From assembly GCA_017412145.1 (NCBI GenBank), contig JAFPYO010000025.1:12378-76377 (forward strand): a DNA stretch of 64,000 nucleotides, in the 5' to 3' direction. The notes beneath the pieces are model-generated. The model did not search any database. It was not told the origin of the DNA and worked only from the letters and a program-made list of their open reading frames with translations. The DNA comes from Prevotella sp. (GTDB lineage: Bacteria; Bacteroidota; Bacteroidia; Bacteroidales; Bacteroidaceae). Shown piece after piece: positions 7,192 to 17,135 of the stretch (position 1 is the first letter of the stretch; the number at the start of each line of letters is the position of its first letter). The position numbers and the translations under genes were made by a program.

Positions 7192-9381
7192 TCAGATTTC
7201 GCGACGGACCAAATCGTCCATCAACAACATTTCCGTCCGTCCGATTCCGTGGGCTTGTAGCAGTTCCGCGTCGCTCTTGAAATCGTTCACGAGCGCGTGG
7301 TTTTGCGCCTGTTTCCCAAGCAACTTCAGATAACGGCGAAACAGCCCGACCGCCGCCGCCACATCGTTGCCAAACCACTTGCAATAGCCTGCATTGAGGC
7401 AGTCGGCAGCGGTGTTTTCCGCGTCTGAAACGAGCGAGTCGTAGAGTTTGTCGGCCTGTTCGAGCGAACCCTGCACGAGCAATCCCCAAGCCAGCGCACG
7501 ACAGACATTTTTGTCGTCGGGACGCTCGTAATAGTGCTTGTAGAGGCGCTGCACGGCCTCCTCGGCCTGTCCGTTGTGAATCTTCGCGATGCAGGCATTC
7601 AAATCGTATGGCGCATTTTCGGGGTTCAGCGTCAGCAGTTTCTCGTAATACTGCGTGGCGGTCGCGTAATCGCCGCAGTTGAAACTCGCCCGCGCCATTC
7701 CGTGCATCGCACGCTCGTCGTCGGGCATTTTGTCCAAAACACGGGCGAAGAGTTGCTGTGCATCGCGGTAATTTCCACGTCGAAGAGCCAGCGAAGCCTC
7801 AATCATCTGCTGTTCGGAGCTGTCGCTGTCGAAATTGTGAAGCACTCGCATCAACGCGTCGTATTGCTTCTTTTTCAACAGAAAACGCTCCAACGAAATC
7901 GCTTGAGTCGCCAAAGCCGATTGGCTGAAAATCGGATTCGTGAAGAAGAAAAATTCGGGTGATTTTTCGTAGTCGAAAGGCGACTGGAAATCGTTTTTCT
8001 GCGGAAAAAGTCGGAAAAAACGATACAAATCCTGCAAATACATTCGTCGGATATAGGCCGCCGACCGCGTTTCCACCTCTTCCATCGTCGGACCGAGCGC
8101 GTCCTCGTTGTTGAGCAGTTCACGCATATTTTCGGGCAGTCGGTCGAGCACCGACGACATCGCCAGCGCAAACGAATATTTATCGGAATCGCAGAAAGGT
8201 CCTCTATCCAACAAAAGTTGCAAGAATCGGCTGTTTTTCAGCTTTTCAGCCACTTGTCGCAGGCCTGGATGCTCCACGTTGAAGGGCATCAACCAGTTGC
8301 TCGTCGTGTAGAAAAACGAAAAACGCTTCATCTGCGAAAATCCGCCGAAATAGATGTCGGAACCGCTGCGTTGCATATCCATCATCCGCTGAATCGTCTG
8401 TTCGAGTTCCTCCATTTTCTCGTCGTCGGCGTCGGGGTTGAGAATGTCTTGCAAGGCGTCTTCCTCGACCTCCTCGATGCCAAACCGCGTGATGCGAATG
8501 TTCTGGTTCTTGATGATTGTCGGCATAATGTCGCGCCGGATGGTTTCGTGGTCGCGGTCGGCATCCATACACAGGAAAATCTGCTTTTGCAGTTCCAAAA
8601 GTTCGCGACGCGTCGGTTCGTCGGCGCAAAGTTGCTCGACGAGTGGGTCGTATTCGGGAAAAATCTTGTTGAAATCCTTGTCGGGAAGGGCAAACGCAAG
8701 ACCCACCAACGCCCGTTGGCGACGAATTTCATCGGTGGCACGGCGATAGACCTCAAAGAGCATTTCGAGTTTCGCGATGTCGGCCACAGCCATCGCCGAG
8801 AGCATCACGGCACTGATGAGCAGCGCCGCGTCGCCATTGTCAATGGTCGGCGAGAGCAGCAGTTCGGTGTAAAACGATTTTTTGCCCGAACTCCATTGGC
8901 GCGACGACAAAAGGGCGTTGAAAAGCGTGTCCAACTGCTTCAGATGCTCGTCGTGAAGGGTTTGTAGGCGCGATTCGGCCTGTTCTTCAGGTTCGAGCGA
9001 TAGCATCGCGAGGTTTTGCACATAACCTTCGAGCATCTGGCGCACGGTGTCGTAGTCGTCGGTCAGGTCGGGATGGTTCTTCGCGGCAGTGCCGAAAGTG
9101 GCGTTCGTGGCTTGCAATTCAGCCAGTTCAAAGTCACCGAGCAGGTCGGCCATACGGCGCAAAAGCGAGCGATAGACCTCCTCGCGCTGGTCGTCGCGAT
9201 AGCCGTGCAACATAAAGTCGCACATTCGCTGATAGTCCGACTCCAGATTTTCCAACCGTTGCCGCAGCGCACCGCTCACGACGAAAGGATTTTCGACGAG
9301 AACGGCTCGCAAACGACGAATGGCAGCACCCACGTTGCTTTCGACGATGATTTTTCTTCTGATTTTATTGATTTCCGACAT
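7192..9381 (-). CDS. Tetratricopeptide-repeat protein, function unknown
   Basis: 729 aa; C-terminal third has TPR-like helical repeats (YRDAQQLFARVL, YATATQYYEKLLTLNPEN, AEEAVQRLYKHYY); ATG at 9381. Confidence 0.6.
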   Translation of the reverse strand: MSEINKIRRKIIVESNVGAAIRRLRAVLVENPFVVSGALRQRLENLESDYQRMCDFMLHGYRDDQREEVYRSLLRRMADLLGDFELAELQATNATFGTAAKNHPDLTDDYDTVRQMLEGYVQNLAMLSLEPEEQAESRLQTLHDEHLKQLDTLFNALLSSRQWSSGKKSFYTELLLSPTIDNGDAALLISAVMLSAMAVADIAKLEMLFEVYRRATDEIRRQRALVGLAFALPDKDFNKIFPEYDPLVEQLCADEPTRRELLELQKQIFLCMDADRDHETIRRDIMPTIIKNQNIRITRFGIEEVEEDALQDILNPDADDEKMEELEQTIQRMMDMQRSGSDIYFGGFSQMKRFSFFYTTSNWLMPFNVEHPGLRQVAEKLKNSRFLQLLLDRGPFCDSDKYSFALAMSSVLDRLPENMRELLNNEDALGPTMEEVETRSAAYIRRMYLQDLYRFFRLFPQKNDFQSPFDYEKSPEFFFFTNPIFSQSALATQAISLERFLLKKKQYDALMRVLHNFDSDSSEQQMIEASLALRRGNYRDAQQLFARVLDKMPDDERAMHGMARASFNCGDYATATQYYEKLLTLNPENAPYDLNACIAKIHNGQAEEAVQRLYKHYYERPDDKNVCRALAWGLLVQGSLEQADKLYDSLVSDAENTAADCLNAGYCKWFGNDVAAAVGLFRRYLKLLGKQAQNHALVNDFKSDAELLQAHGIGRTEMLLMDDLVRREI

Positions 9382-9408
9382 TTTTTACTTTTTCACCTTT
9401 TGACCTTT

Positions 9409-10320
9409 TCACTTTTTCAACCATTTCCTCGCTTCTTCCACATCCTTCTCACGTGGGGCGGCAGCACGCGGAAACTTCAATTTCGGCAATGCTCGGACAG
9501 TCGCCGAGGTCACTCCGCAATATTTTTCGACAATATCGCCGTACTGCCCTACTCCACGCCCATTGAGCGAGTCGCAAGCCACGTTGTAAACCTTCAGGAA
9601 AGCGTCGATTTGCGTCTTGATGCGGCGGTCTTTCATCGCCTTTTCGCGAAACGCCACCACGCCCAAGCGCAGGTCGGTCGAGTCCGATTTCCAAATGACC
9701 GAATGTTTCAGTTGTCGAGCAGCCGTGGCTTGCGGTTCGGGCAGCCACAGCGCGTCCATTTCGTTGTTTTTGAGCATTTGCAGTCGCAGCGCGATGTCGT
9801 TGATTTGCACACGATAGACCGTCGCCGTCGTTTTCACGCCTTTCAGGGCGCGGTCGGTCAGCAGGTCGGTTGCCGAGAAGCGCGTCATTGCCACCATTTT
9901 GTCGCCCAACTGCCGCGTTTCCTTCAAGCGCGCCGTGCGGTTCGCCACGAGTTGCCACGCCGTGTTGGTCGCCGCTACGTAGTTCAGTGCCGTGCCGCGG
10001 TTGCGCATCCGTTCCGCCCGCACAAGGTCGGTGATGGCACCCTCGACGCTACCGCCCACGAGTGCCGTATCGACGTCCATTTGCGCTTTGAACGGTCGCA
10101 GTCGCACGTCGATTTTCAGCGAGTCGAACCATCCGCGCTCCGCCGCCACGAACATCGGCAGACAGTCGAGCGTCGGCAGCACCGCCACCTTCAACGCCAA
10201 CGAGTCTTGTCGTCGCTGTTCAGCGCGTTCTGCCCGCGTGATTCGTCGCTTTTCCTCGTAGGATTGGCCGCACGACATCAGCCATAAAAGCGCGAAAAAA
10301 AGTCCAAAAATTTTCTTCAT
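9409..10320 (-). CDS. Lipoprotein, ABC-type substrate-binding protein-like (NMT1/TauA-like)
   Basis: Lipobox LLWLMSC; LKVAVLPTLDCLPMFVA and two-lobe SBP-like layout; ATG 10320 (GTG 10323 alternative). Confidence 0.35.
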   Translation of the reverse strand: MKKIFGLFFALLWLMSCGQSYEEKRRITRAERAEQRRQDSLALKVAVLPTLDCLPMFVAAERGWFDSLKIDVRLRPFKAQMDVDTALVGGSVEGAITDLVRAERMRNRGTALNYVAATNTAWQLVANRTARLKETRQLGDKMVAMTRFSATDLLTDRALKGVKTTATVYRVQINDIALRLQMLKNNEMDALWLPEPQATAARQLKHSVIWKSDSTDLRLGVVAFREKAMKDRRIKTQIDAFLKVYNVACDSLNGRGVGQYGDIVEKYCGVTSATVRALPKLKFPRAAAPREKDVEEARKWLKK

Positions 10321-10348
10321 CACTGCAAAAATTCGAAATTCTTGACTG

Positions 10349-10356
10349 CAAAGTTA
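10349..10356 (-). promoter_or_regulatory. -7 box (TAACTTTG on minus strand)
   Basis: caaagtta on plus strand, about 30 nt upstream of the 10320 start. Confidence 0.4.
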
Positions 10357-10400
10357 CGAAATTTTTCTGGGCAAGCGTGTGTCGAGTCAGTTTTTTTTCG

Positions 10401-10408
10401 TATCTTTG
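10401..10408 (+). promoter_or_regulatory. -7 box (TATCTTTG) for radA
   Basis: TATCTTTG 20 nt upstream of ATG 10428. Confidence 0.5.
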
Positions 10409-10427
10409 CCCTGAAAATTTGATTTTT

Positions 10428-11834
10428 ATGGTGAAAAAAGACAAGACTATGTTCGTCTGCGAGAATTGCGGACAAGAATCGCCGAAATGGGTTGGCAAAT
10501 GTCCCGCTTGCGGCCAGTGGAACACATTCAAGGAAATCAAGGTGAGCAACGACGCTGGCACGATGGCGGCTCGCTCAGCAGCGCAGTCGGTACGGGCTGG
10601 TGGCATCAGCGCGAGTAAAAACCATCCGCAGTTGCTGCGCGACATCTCTGCGAAGGACGAACCGCGATTTTCGACGGGCGACAGCGAACTCGACCGCGTT
10701 TTGGGCGGTGGACTCGTGCCGGGAAGCATCGTGTTGCTCGGTGGTGAGCCAGGAATCGGAAAAAGTACGCTCACGCTTCAAACCATTCTCGGAATGAACG
10801 ACCGAAAAGTGCTCTACGTGAGTGGCGAGGAAAGCGCCCATCAGTTGAAAATGCGGGCAGAGCGACTCGGCAACACCCAAAGTCCAACACCCAACACCTT
10901 ATTGATTCTCACGGAAACCTCGCTTGAAACCATTTTCGAGCATATTAAAGAGGTGCAGCCCGAACTCGTCGTCATCGACTCGATTCAGACCATCGCCACC
11001 GAAACCGCCGACAGTTCCGCCGGTAGCATCGTGCAGGTACGCGAATGTGCCTCTGCCCTCCTCCGTTTCGCGAAATCGAGCGGCGTACCCGTCATTCTCA
11101 TCGGCCACATCAACAAAGAAGGGTCGCTTGCAGGCCCGAAAATCCTTGAGCACATTGTCGATACGGTCATCCAGTTCGAGGGCGACCAGCAACATCTCTA
11201 CCGCATTCTCCGCGCCACGAAAAACCGCTTCGGCTCCACCAGCGAACTCGGCATCTACGAAATGCGACACGACGGTCTGCGACAGGTTTCGAACCCCTCG
11301 GAACTGCTCCTGAACAGCGACCACGAGGGACTTTCAGGCGTGGCCATCAGTGCCGCCGTAGAGGGTGTGCGCCCGTTCCTGCTGGAAACGCAGGCGCTCG
11401 TATCGTCGGCAGCCTACGGCACGCCGCAACGCTCGGCCACAGGCTTCGACCAGCGTCGCCTGAACATGCTTTTGGCCGTGTTGGAGAAGCGCGTCGGCTT
11501 CAAACTGATGCAAAAAGACGTGTTTTTGAACATTGCCGGAGGCCTTCGCGTCACCGACATGGCGATGGATTTGAGCGTCATCGCCGCCGTGCTGTCGTCG
11601 AATGTCGATACGCCCATCGAACAGGGTTGGTGCATGGCTGGCGAGGTTGGACTCTCCGGCGAGGTGCGCCCCGTGGCCCGCATCGAACAAAGAATCGGCG
11701 AAGCCGAGAAACTGGGCTTCACCGATATCATCATTCCCCGCCAAAACATGCAGGGATTAGACACTCAAAAATTCACGATTAAACTTCATCCCGTGCGCAA
11801 GGTCGAGGAGGCTCTGCGATTGCTTTTCGGCTAA
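10428..11834 (+). CDS. radA: DNA repair protein RadA/Sms
   Basis: Zn finger CENCGQESPKWVGKCPACGQWNTF, Walker A GGEPGIGKST, KNRFG motif, Lon-like C-terminal domain; ATG 10428 downstream of the -7 box. Confidence 0.9.
   Translation: MVKKDKTMFVCENCGQESPKWVGKCPACGQWNTFKEIKVSNDAGTMAARSAAQSVRAGGISASKNHPQLLRDISAKDEPRFSTGDSELDRVLGGGLVPGSIVLLGGEPGIGKSTLTLQTILGMNDRKVLYVSGEESAHQLKMRAERLGNTQSPTPNTLLILTETSLETIFEHIKEVQPELVVIDSIQTIATETADSSAGSIVQVRECASALLRFAKSSGVPVILIGHINKEGSLAGPKILEHIVDTVIQFEGDQQHLYRILRATKNRFGSTSELGIYEMRHDGLRQVSNPSELLLNSDHEGLSGVAISAAVEGVRPFLLETQALVSSAAYGTPQRSATGFDQRRLNMLLAVLEKRVGFKLMQKDVFLNIAGGLRVTDMAMDLSVIAAVLSSNVDTPIEQGWCMAGEVGLSGEVRPVARIEQRIGEAEKLGFTDIIIPRQNMQGLDTQKFTIKLHPVRKVEEALRLLFG
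10871..10898. repeat. CAACACC word tract, in frame in radA
   Basis: caacacccaaagtccaacacccaacacc encodes NTQSPTPNT in the linker after MRAERLG. Confidence 0.7.
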
Positions 11835-11837
11835 GCC

Positions 11838-13784
11838 CTACAACCCTTCCGCCAACTTCAACCACGCAGCACTCGACGCATCGGACGGCATTCGCCAATC
11901 GCCACGCGGCGAGAGGCTGACGCTACCGACCTTCGGCCCGTCGGGCAGGCAGGAACGCTTGAACTGCTGAGAGAAGAAGCGACGCAAAAAGACTTTCAGC
12001 CACTTTTTGATGGTTTCGTCGTCGTAGCGACCCACGCGGTCGTCGTGTCCGTCGAAAGCACTGCCTGCCAAGAGGAAGAGTTTGAGCGGACTGTAGCCCG
12101 AGCGCAGGAAGTGGAAGAGGAAGAAGTCGTGAAGTTCGTAGGGACCGATGATGTCTTCCGTCTTCTGCTGAATCGCATCGCCCTGATTGGCGGTCAGTTC
12201 GGGGCTGACGGGCGTTTCGAGAATGTCCATCAGCGTCGGGTTGTCCTTTCCGAGATGGCGAATTAGGCAGCGAATCAGCGTTTTCGGCACACTGGCATTG
12301 ACGCTGTACATCGACATATGGTCGCCGTTGTAGGTACACCACCCGAGCGCGAGTTCCGAGAGGTCGCCCGTGCCGATGACCATTCCACCGACTTGGTTGG
12401 CCACGTCCATCAGAATCTGCGTGCGCTCGCGAGCCTGCGCGTTCTCAAACGTGCTGTCTTGGGTCGTGCCGTCGTGTCCGATGTCCTCGAAATGCTGGCG
12501 GACGGCCTTGGAAATGTTGATTTCGCGAGCAGTGACACCCAGTTGCTCCATCAGTGCGACGGCATTGCGGTGGGTGCGGTCGGTGGTGCCGAAGCCGGGC
12601 ATTGTAATGGCGATGATGTTCTTGCGGTCGAGGCCGAGTTTGTCGAATGCACGGACGCTGACGAGCAGGGCCAACGTCGAATCGAGGCCGCCGCTGACAC
12701 CGATGACCACGCTTTTCGTGTTCGTATGGTCGAGTCGCTTCACCAGTCCCATCGACTGAATCGTCAGAATCTCCTCGAAACTCTCGGCTGCGTCGTTGCC
12801 TCTCGGAATGAAAGGCAGCGGATTGAAATGGCGTTCGAGCACGAAGTCGCGGGGCGCGTTGGAACGACAATCGGTAATGGTGACGGTGGTTTCGTTGTTC
12901 TGGATGTCGAATTTCAGGTTGCGCTGCGCATTCACGTAGGTCGAGTTCGTGCGCCGCTCAGAGCGGAGCCGTTCGATGTCGATTTGCGCCATCTGCATGT
13001 GGCTTTCCATCTGGAAACGCTCGGCTTTCGCCAGAATTTTTCCGTTTTCGATGATGATGGCATTGCCGCCAAACACCACGTCCTGTGTCGATTCGCCGAA
13101 ACCACTTCCGCTATAGACATAGCCCGTGATGATGCGCGCACTCTGCTGCGAGAGCAGCGAAAGCAGGTATTTATGCTTACCGATGAGCACGTCGCTGGCC
13201 GAAAGGTTGAAAATGAGGTCGGCACCTGCCAGTCCGAGTTGGTTGCTCGGCGGAACGGGTGCCCAGACATCCTCGCAGATTTCCACGCCGAACAGCACGC
13301 CGTCGCAGGTGCGGAACAACTGCGGGTCGGGACTGACGGTGATGAGGTTGCCTGCGAAACGGATTTCCGTCGGACGAAGGTCTTGCGACGAGGCGAACCA
13401 GCGTTTTTCGTAGAATTCGCCGTAGTTCGGCAGGTAGGTTTTTGGCACGATGCCAAGCAACTGACCGTGTTGAATGACGGCGGCGCAGTTCAGCAGCAAG
13501 TCGCCGACGATGACGGGCAATCCGACAATCGAGATGATGTCGAGTTGGCGAGTCGTGTCAAGCAGACTGACGATGCCCGCCTCCGATGCGTCGATGAGTA
13601 CGCTCTGCGTAAAGAGGTCTTGACAGGTGTAACCCGTCAGCGAAAGTTCGGGAAACACGATGATTTCCACGCCTTTTTCATCGGCCTCGGCGATGAGCGT
13701 CTTGATTTGCTCCACGTTATAGGCCACGTCGCCGACTTTCAGCGTCGGCACAGCCGCAGCCACTTTGATAAAACCGTATTTCAT
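11838..13784 (-). CDS. nadE: Glutamine-dependent NAD+ synthetase
   Basis: N-terminal CN-hydrolase domain plus C-terminal synthetase with GVSGGLDSTLAL P-loop; 648 aa; starts 2 nt after nqrF stop. Confidence 0.9.
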   Translation of the reverse strand: MKYGFIKVAAAVPTLKVGDVAYNVEQIKTLIAEADEKGVEIIVFPELSLTGYTCQDLFTQSVLIDASEAGIVSLLDTTRQLDIISIVGLPVIVGDLLLNCAAVIQHGQLLGIVPKTYLPNYGEFYEKRWFASSQDLRPTEIRFAGNLITVSPDPQLFRTCDGVLFGVEICEDVWAPVPPSNQLGLAGADLIFNLSASDVLIGKHKYLLSLLSQQSARIITGYVYSGSGFGESTQDVVFGGNAIIIENGKILAKAERFQMESHMQMAQIDIERLRSERRTNSTYVNAQRNLKFDIQNNETTVTITDCRSNAPRDFVLERHFNPLPFIPRGNDAAESFEEILTIQSMGLVKRLDHTNTKSVVIGVSGGLDSTLALLVSVRAFDKLGLDRKNIIAITMPGFGTTDRTHRNAVALMEQLGVTAREINISKAVRQHFEDIGHDGTTQDSTFENAQARERTQILMDVANQVGGMVIGTGDLSELALGWCTYNGDHMSMYSVNASVPKTLIRCLIRHLGKDNPTLMDILETPVSPELTANQGDAIQQKTEDIIGPYELHDFFLFHFLRSGYSPLKLFLLAGSAFDGHDDRVGRYDDETIKKWLKVFLRRFFSQQFKRSCLPDGPKVGSVSLSPRGDWRMPSDASSAAWLKLAEGL

Positions 13785-13786
13785 CT

Positions 13787-15055
13787 TTATCCTCCGAAGT
13801 TATCGTAAAGTATCGATTCGGGCTCTACACCAAGCGAGTCGAGCATCTGCACGACGGCATTCGACATCGGGCCAGGGCCGCACATGTAGTATTCGACATC
13901 CTCGGGTGCCTCGTGGTCCTTCAGATAGGTTTCGAGCATCACCTGATGGACGAATCCCGGTGTGTATTTCACGCCTGCGGCATCGGCGGCAGGGTCGGGA
14001 CGGTCGAGTGCGAGGTGGAAGTGGAAATTGGAATATTCCTTCTCCAGATTGAGGAAGTCGTCGAGATAGAAGACTTCGTTCAGCGCGCGGGCACCGTAGA
14101 AATAGTGCATTTCGCGGTCGGTGGTCTTCAGCGTCTTGGTCATGTGCATAATCTGGGCGCGAAGCGGAGCCATACCGGCGCCACCGCCGACCCAAATCAT
14201 CTCTTTCTTCGAGTCGAAATGCGGGTGGAAGTCGCCGAACGGACCGCTCATCGTCACTTTGTCGCCAGGTTTCAGCGAGAAGATATACGACGAGGCAATA
14301 CCCGGATTCACCTCCATAAAACCACTCTTGTCGGCTTTCATCGGCGGTGTGGCAATGCGCACGGTGAGCATGAACACGTCGCCCTCGGCCGGATAGTTGG
14401 CCATCGAATAGGCGCGAATCGTGGGTTCGGGGTTCTTGCACTTCAGCGGGAACAAACCGAACTTTTCCCATGCCGGCAGGTATTCGTCGCCAATGAGCGA
14501 CTTGTCGAAATCCTTGTCGTAGTCGATGCAGTCGAAGGCCGGAATCTTGATTTGCGCGTAGGAACCCGGCAGGAAGTCCATGTGCTCGCCCGCAGGCAGT
14601 TGCACCTTGAATTCCTTGATGAACGTAGCCACGTTTTTGTTGCTGATGACCGTACATTCGTACTCCTTCACACCGAGAATCGACTCATCGACATGGATTT
14701 TCAGGTCTCCCTTCACCTTGCACTGGCAACCGAGTCGCCAGCCAGCCTTGATTTCCTTGCGACTGAAATGGGGCTTTTCAGAGTCGAGAATCTCGCCGCC
14801 ACCCTCCAAAACCTGCACCTTGCACTGTCCGCACGAGGCTTTTCCGCCGCAGGCCGAGGGCAGGAACACGCCGTTTTCGTTGAGCGTGGTCATCACCGAC
14901 GAGCCTTGCGGCACGTTGATGACGCGGTCGCCATTGATTTCAATATTCACGTTTCCGCTCGGCGAGAGATATTTTTTCGCGATGAGCAGAATGGTTACAA
15001 GCAGAAGAATTGTAACTAAAAAAACGATGATGCTATATGCTATAAACTGTGCCAT
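13787..15055 (-). CDS. nqrF: Na+-translocating NADH:quinone oxidoreductase subunit F
   Basis: N-terminal TM, 2Fe-2S CGGKASCGQCKV, FAD site RAYSMAN, NADH site GGGAGMAP. Confidence 0.95.
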   Translation of the reverse strand: MAQFIAYSIIVFLVTILLLVTILLIAKKYLSPSGNVNIEINGDRVINVPQGSSVMTTLNENGVFLPSACGGKASCGQCKVQVLEGGGEILDSEKPHFSRKEIKAGWRLGCQCKVKGDLKIHVDESILGVKEYECTVISNKNVATFIKEFKVQLPAGEHMDFLPGSYAQIKIPAFDCIDYDKDFDKSLIGDEYLPAWEKFGLFPLKCKNPEPTIRAYSMANYPAEGDVFMLTVRIATPPMKADKSGFMEVNPGIASSYIFSLKPGDKVTMSGPFGDFHPHFDSKKEMIWVGGGAGMAPLRAQIMHMTKTLKTTDREMHYFYGARALNEVFYLDDFLNLEKEYSNFHFHLALDRPDPAADAAGVKYTPGFVHQVMLETYLKDHEAPEDVEYYMCGPGPMSNAVVQMLDSLGVEPESILYDNFGG

Positions 15056-15084
15056 CTGAATTTACAATTTGACGATTTTACAAT

Positions 15085-15711
15085 TTAGATATTGAGACCT
15101 GAGAAACACATCATTGCCATCGCCATCAGGCCAACAGTAATAAAGACGATGCCGAGTCCCTGAAGCGGTTTGGGCACGTCGCTGTACTGCATTTTCTCGC
15201 GAATCGCACCGAGCGCAACAATGGCGAGCGTCCAGCCGATGCCCGAGCCGAAGCCATAGACGATGGCGTCCCAAATCGAGGTAATCGCCTGCGAGTTCGA
15301 CGGATCCATCAGAATGCGCTGCTGCATGAAGAGCGACGCACCCATGATGGCGCAGTTCACGGCGATGAGCGGCAGGAAAATACCGAGTGCGGCGTAGAGT
15401 GAGGGCGAGTATTTCTCGACCGTCATCTCGACGAGTTGCACCATGCCGGCAATCACGGCGATGAAGAGTATGAACGACAGGTACGACAAATCGACTCCTT
15501 CAACCAGACAGCCATCGCCCAGCACCTTGGTTTGCAACAGATAGTTCACGGGAACGGTCACGGTGAGCACGAATGTCACGGCGAGGCCGAGGCCCAGCGA
15601 GGTTTTCACGGTCTTCGACACGGCAAGGTAGGAACACATGCCCAGGAAGAAGGCGAAAATCATATTGTCCACGAAAATGGACCTGAACAACAAACTAATA
15701 GAATGTTCCAT
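15085..15711 (-). CDS. nqrE: Na+-NQR subunit E
   Basis: 208-aa polytopic membrane protein in conserved nqr order. Confidence 0.9.
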   Translation of the reverse strand: MEHSISLLFRSIFVDNMIFAFFLGMCSYLAVSKTVKTSLGLGLAVTFVLTVTVPVNYLLQTKVLGDGCLVEGVDLSYLSFILFIAVIAGMVQLVEMTVEKYSPSLYAALGIFLPLIAVNCAIMGASLFMQQRILMDPSNSQAITSIWDAIVYGFGSGIGWTLAIVALGAIREKMQYSDVPKPLQGLGIVFITVGLMAMAMMCFSGLNI

Positions 15712-15858
15712 AATTTTTTCTTTTTTTGTAGTTATGTAGTTAAGAAGTTATCGCTACGCTCGTCCTTCGGACAGTAGTTAAGCCATTACTCTTTTCCCTT
15801 ATGTCAGCCACCAGAACATTCGGCTTAACTTCTTAACTTCTCTAACTTCCCTAACTTC
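15712..15858 (-). other. 147-bp structured insert between nqrD and nqrE (MITE-like or RNA element)
   Basis: 13-bp perfect inverted arms agttaagaagtta (15738-15750) / taacttcttaact (15826-15838); inner hairpin gtcc-ttc-ggac; G-free TAACTTC stutter 15824-15858. Confidence 0.6.
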
Positions 15859-16482
15859 TCATTTTTCTTTATAAAAGTAAGCACGATGTACCCAAATCAC
15901 ACAACCGACGAGAATCAGCGCCATGGCAGGCATCGTCATCATACCGTTGTTGGCGTAGCCGAAGTCGTAGAAACTCTGCGGCAGAATCTGGAAGCCTAGC
16001 AGCGAGCCACGTCCGAAGAATTCGCGGGCTCCACCGACAATGACGAGAATCATCGCGTAGCCGAGTCCGTTGCCCACACCGTCGAGGAACGACGGCCAGG
16101 GCTTGTTCTGCATGGCGAAAGCCTCCAATCGACCCATCAGAATACAGTTGGTGATGATCAGACCGACATAGACCGAGAGTTCCACGCTCACGTCGTAGGC
16201 GAAGGCCTTGAGAATCTGCGAAACGATGGTCACGAGAGCAGCCACAACGACCAGTTGCACCACGATGCGGATGCGGTTGGGAATGGTGTTGCGGATCACA
16301 GAGATAATCACGTTGGCAAAGGCGGTGATTACCGTCACGGCGAGTCCCATCACGATGGCAGGCTTCAACTGCGCAGTGACGGCGAGTGCCGAGCAGATGC
16401 CCAATACTTGTCCGAGTATCGGGTGGTCGAGGTTCAGCGGATTGGTGAAAACCTCTTTATTTTGTTTACTGAAAAGTGCCAT
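15859..16482 (-). CDS. nqrD: Na+-NQR subunit D
   Basis: 207-aa polytopic membrane protein, conserved position. Confidence 0.9.
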   Translation of the reverse strand: MALFSKQNKEVFTNPLNLDHPILGQVLGICSALAVTAQLKPAIVMGLAVTVITAFANVIISVIRNTIPNRIRIVVQLVVVAALVTIVSQILKAFAYDVSVELSVYVGLIITNCILMGRLEAFAMQNKPWPSFLDGVGNGLGYAMILVIVGGAREFFGRGSLLGFQILPQSFYDFGYANNGMMTMPAMALILVGCVIWVHRAYFYKEK

Positions 16483-16523
16483 TTCAATTTACTATTTGAC
16501 GATTTACAATTTTACAATTTTGA

Positions 16524-17135
16524 TTACTTGAGCGATTCGATATAGGATTTCAATCCGTCGCGAAGCATCGCGCTCACACCGTCGGAAGTCAGCGTGGCAC
16601 CAGTGACGCAATCGACCTCAGAGGCAGGATTTTCCACCTTTTTCACTACGCCGATGGCCAACTGACCGTCGTCTGAGTAGATTTTCTTGCCCTGAAACTT
16701 CTCTTGCCAAGCCTGCGAGTCCTTGATTTCGGAACCCAAACCTGCCGTTTCGCTTTCGTGGTTGAAATAAGCACCGTAGATGGTGTTCAAATCGTCATCG
16801 ACTGACACGTAAGCCGAAATTCCACCCCAAAGTCCCATGCCTTTCAACGGAAAAACGTATTTTTTCTGTCCGTCAATCTCACAAATATAATAAACTTGTT
16901 CGCCAGTCTTCTCTTCCGACTTCACCACCTCGCCATACTTGGCTTCGGCCTCAGCACCGTCGAGTCCGCGGATGTTGAGCGAATAGAGAATCTGCTTCTT
17001 CTTGTCGAGAGCCACGTTAGCGTCCTGCATCGGCTTCAACGCCTGATAGACGAAAGCCAACAGGAAGGCCACGACGACCACGAGTATCGCACTATATATA
17101 ATAATGTACGAGTTGCTGTTTGTGTTCAGTTTCAT
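16524..17135 (-). CDS. nqrC: Na+-NQR subunit C
   Basis: Start MKLNTNSN at 17135 overlaps nqrB stop (ATGA); FMN attachment context VTGATLTSDGV. Confidence 0.9.
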   Translation of the reverse strand: MKLNTNSNSYIIIYSAILVVVVAFLLAFVYQALKPMQDANVALDKKKQILYSLNIRGLDGAEAEAKYGEVVKSEEKTGEQVYYICEIDGQKKYVFPLKGMGLWGGISAYVSVDDDLNTIYGAYFNHESETAGLGSEIKDSQAWQEKFQGKKIYSDDGQLAIGVVKKVENPASEVDCVTGATLTSDGVSAMLRDGLKSYIESLK

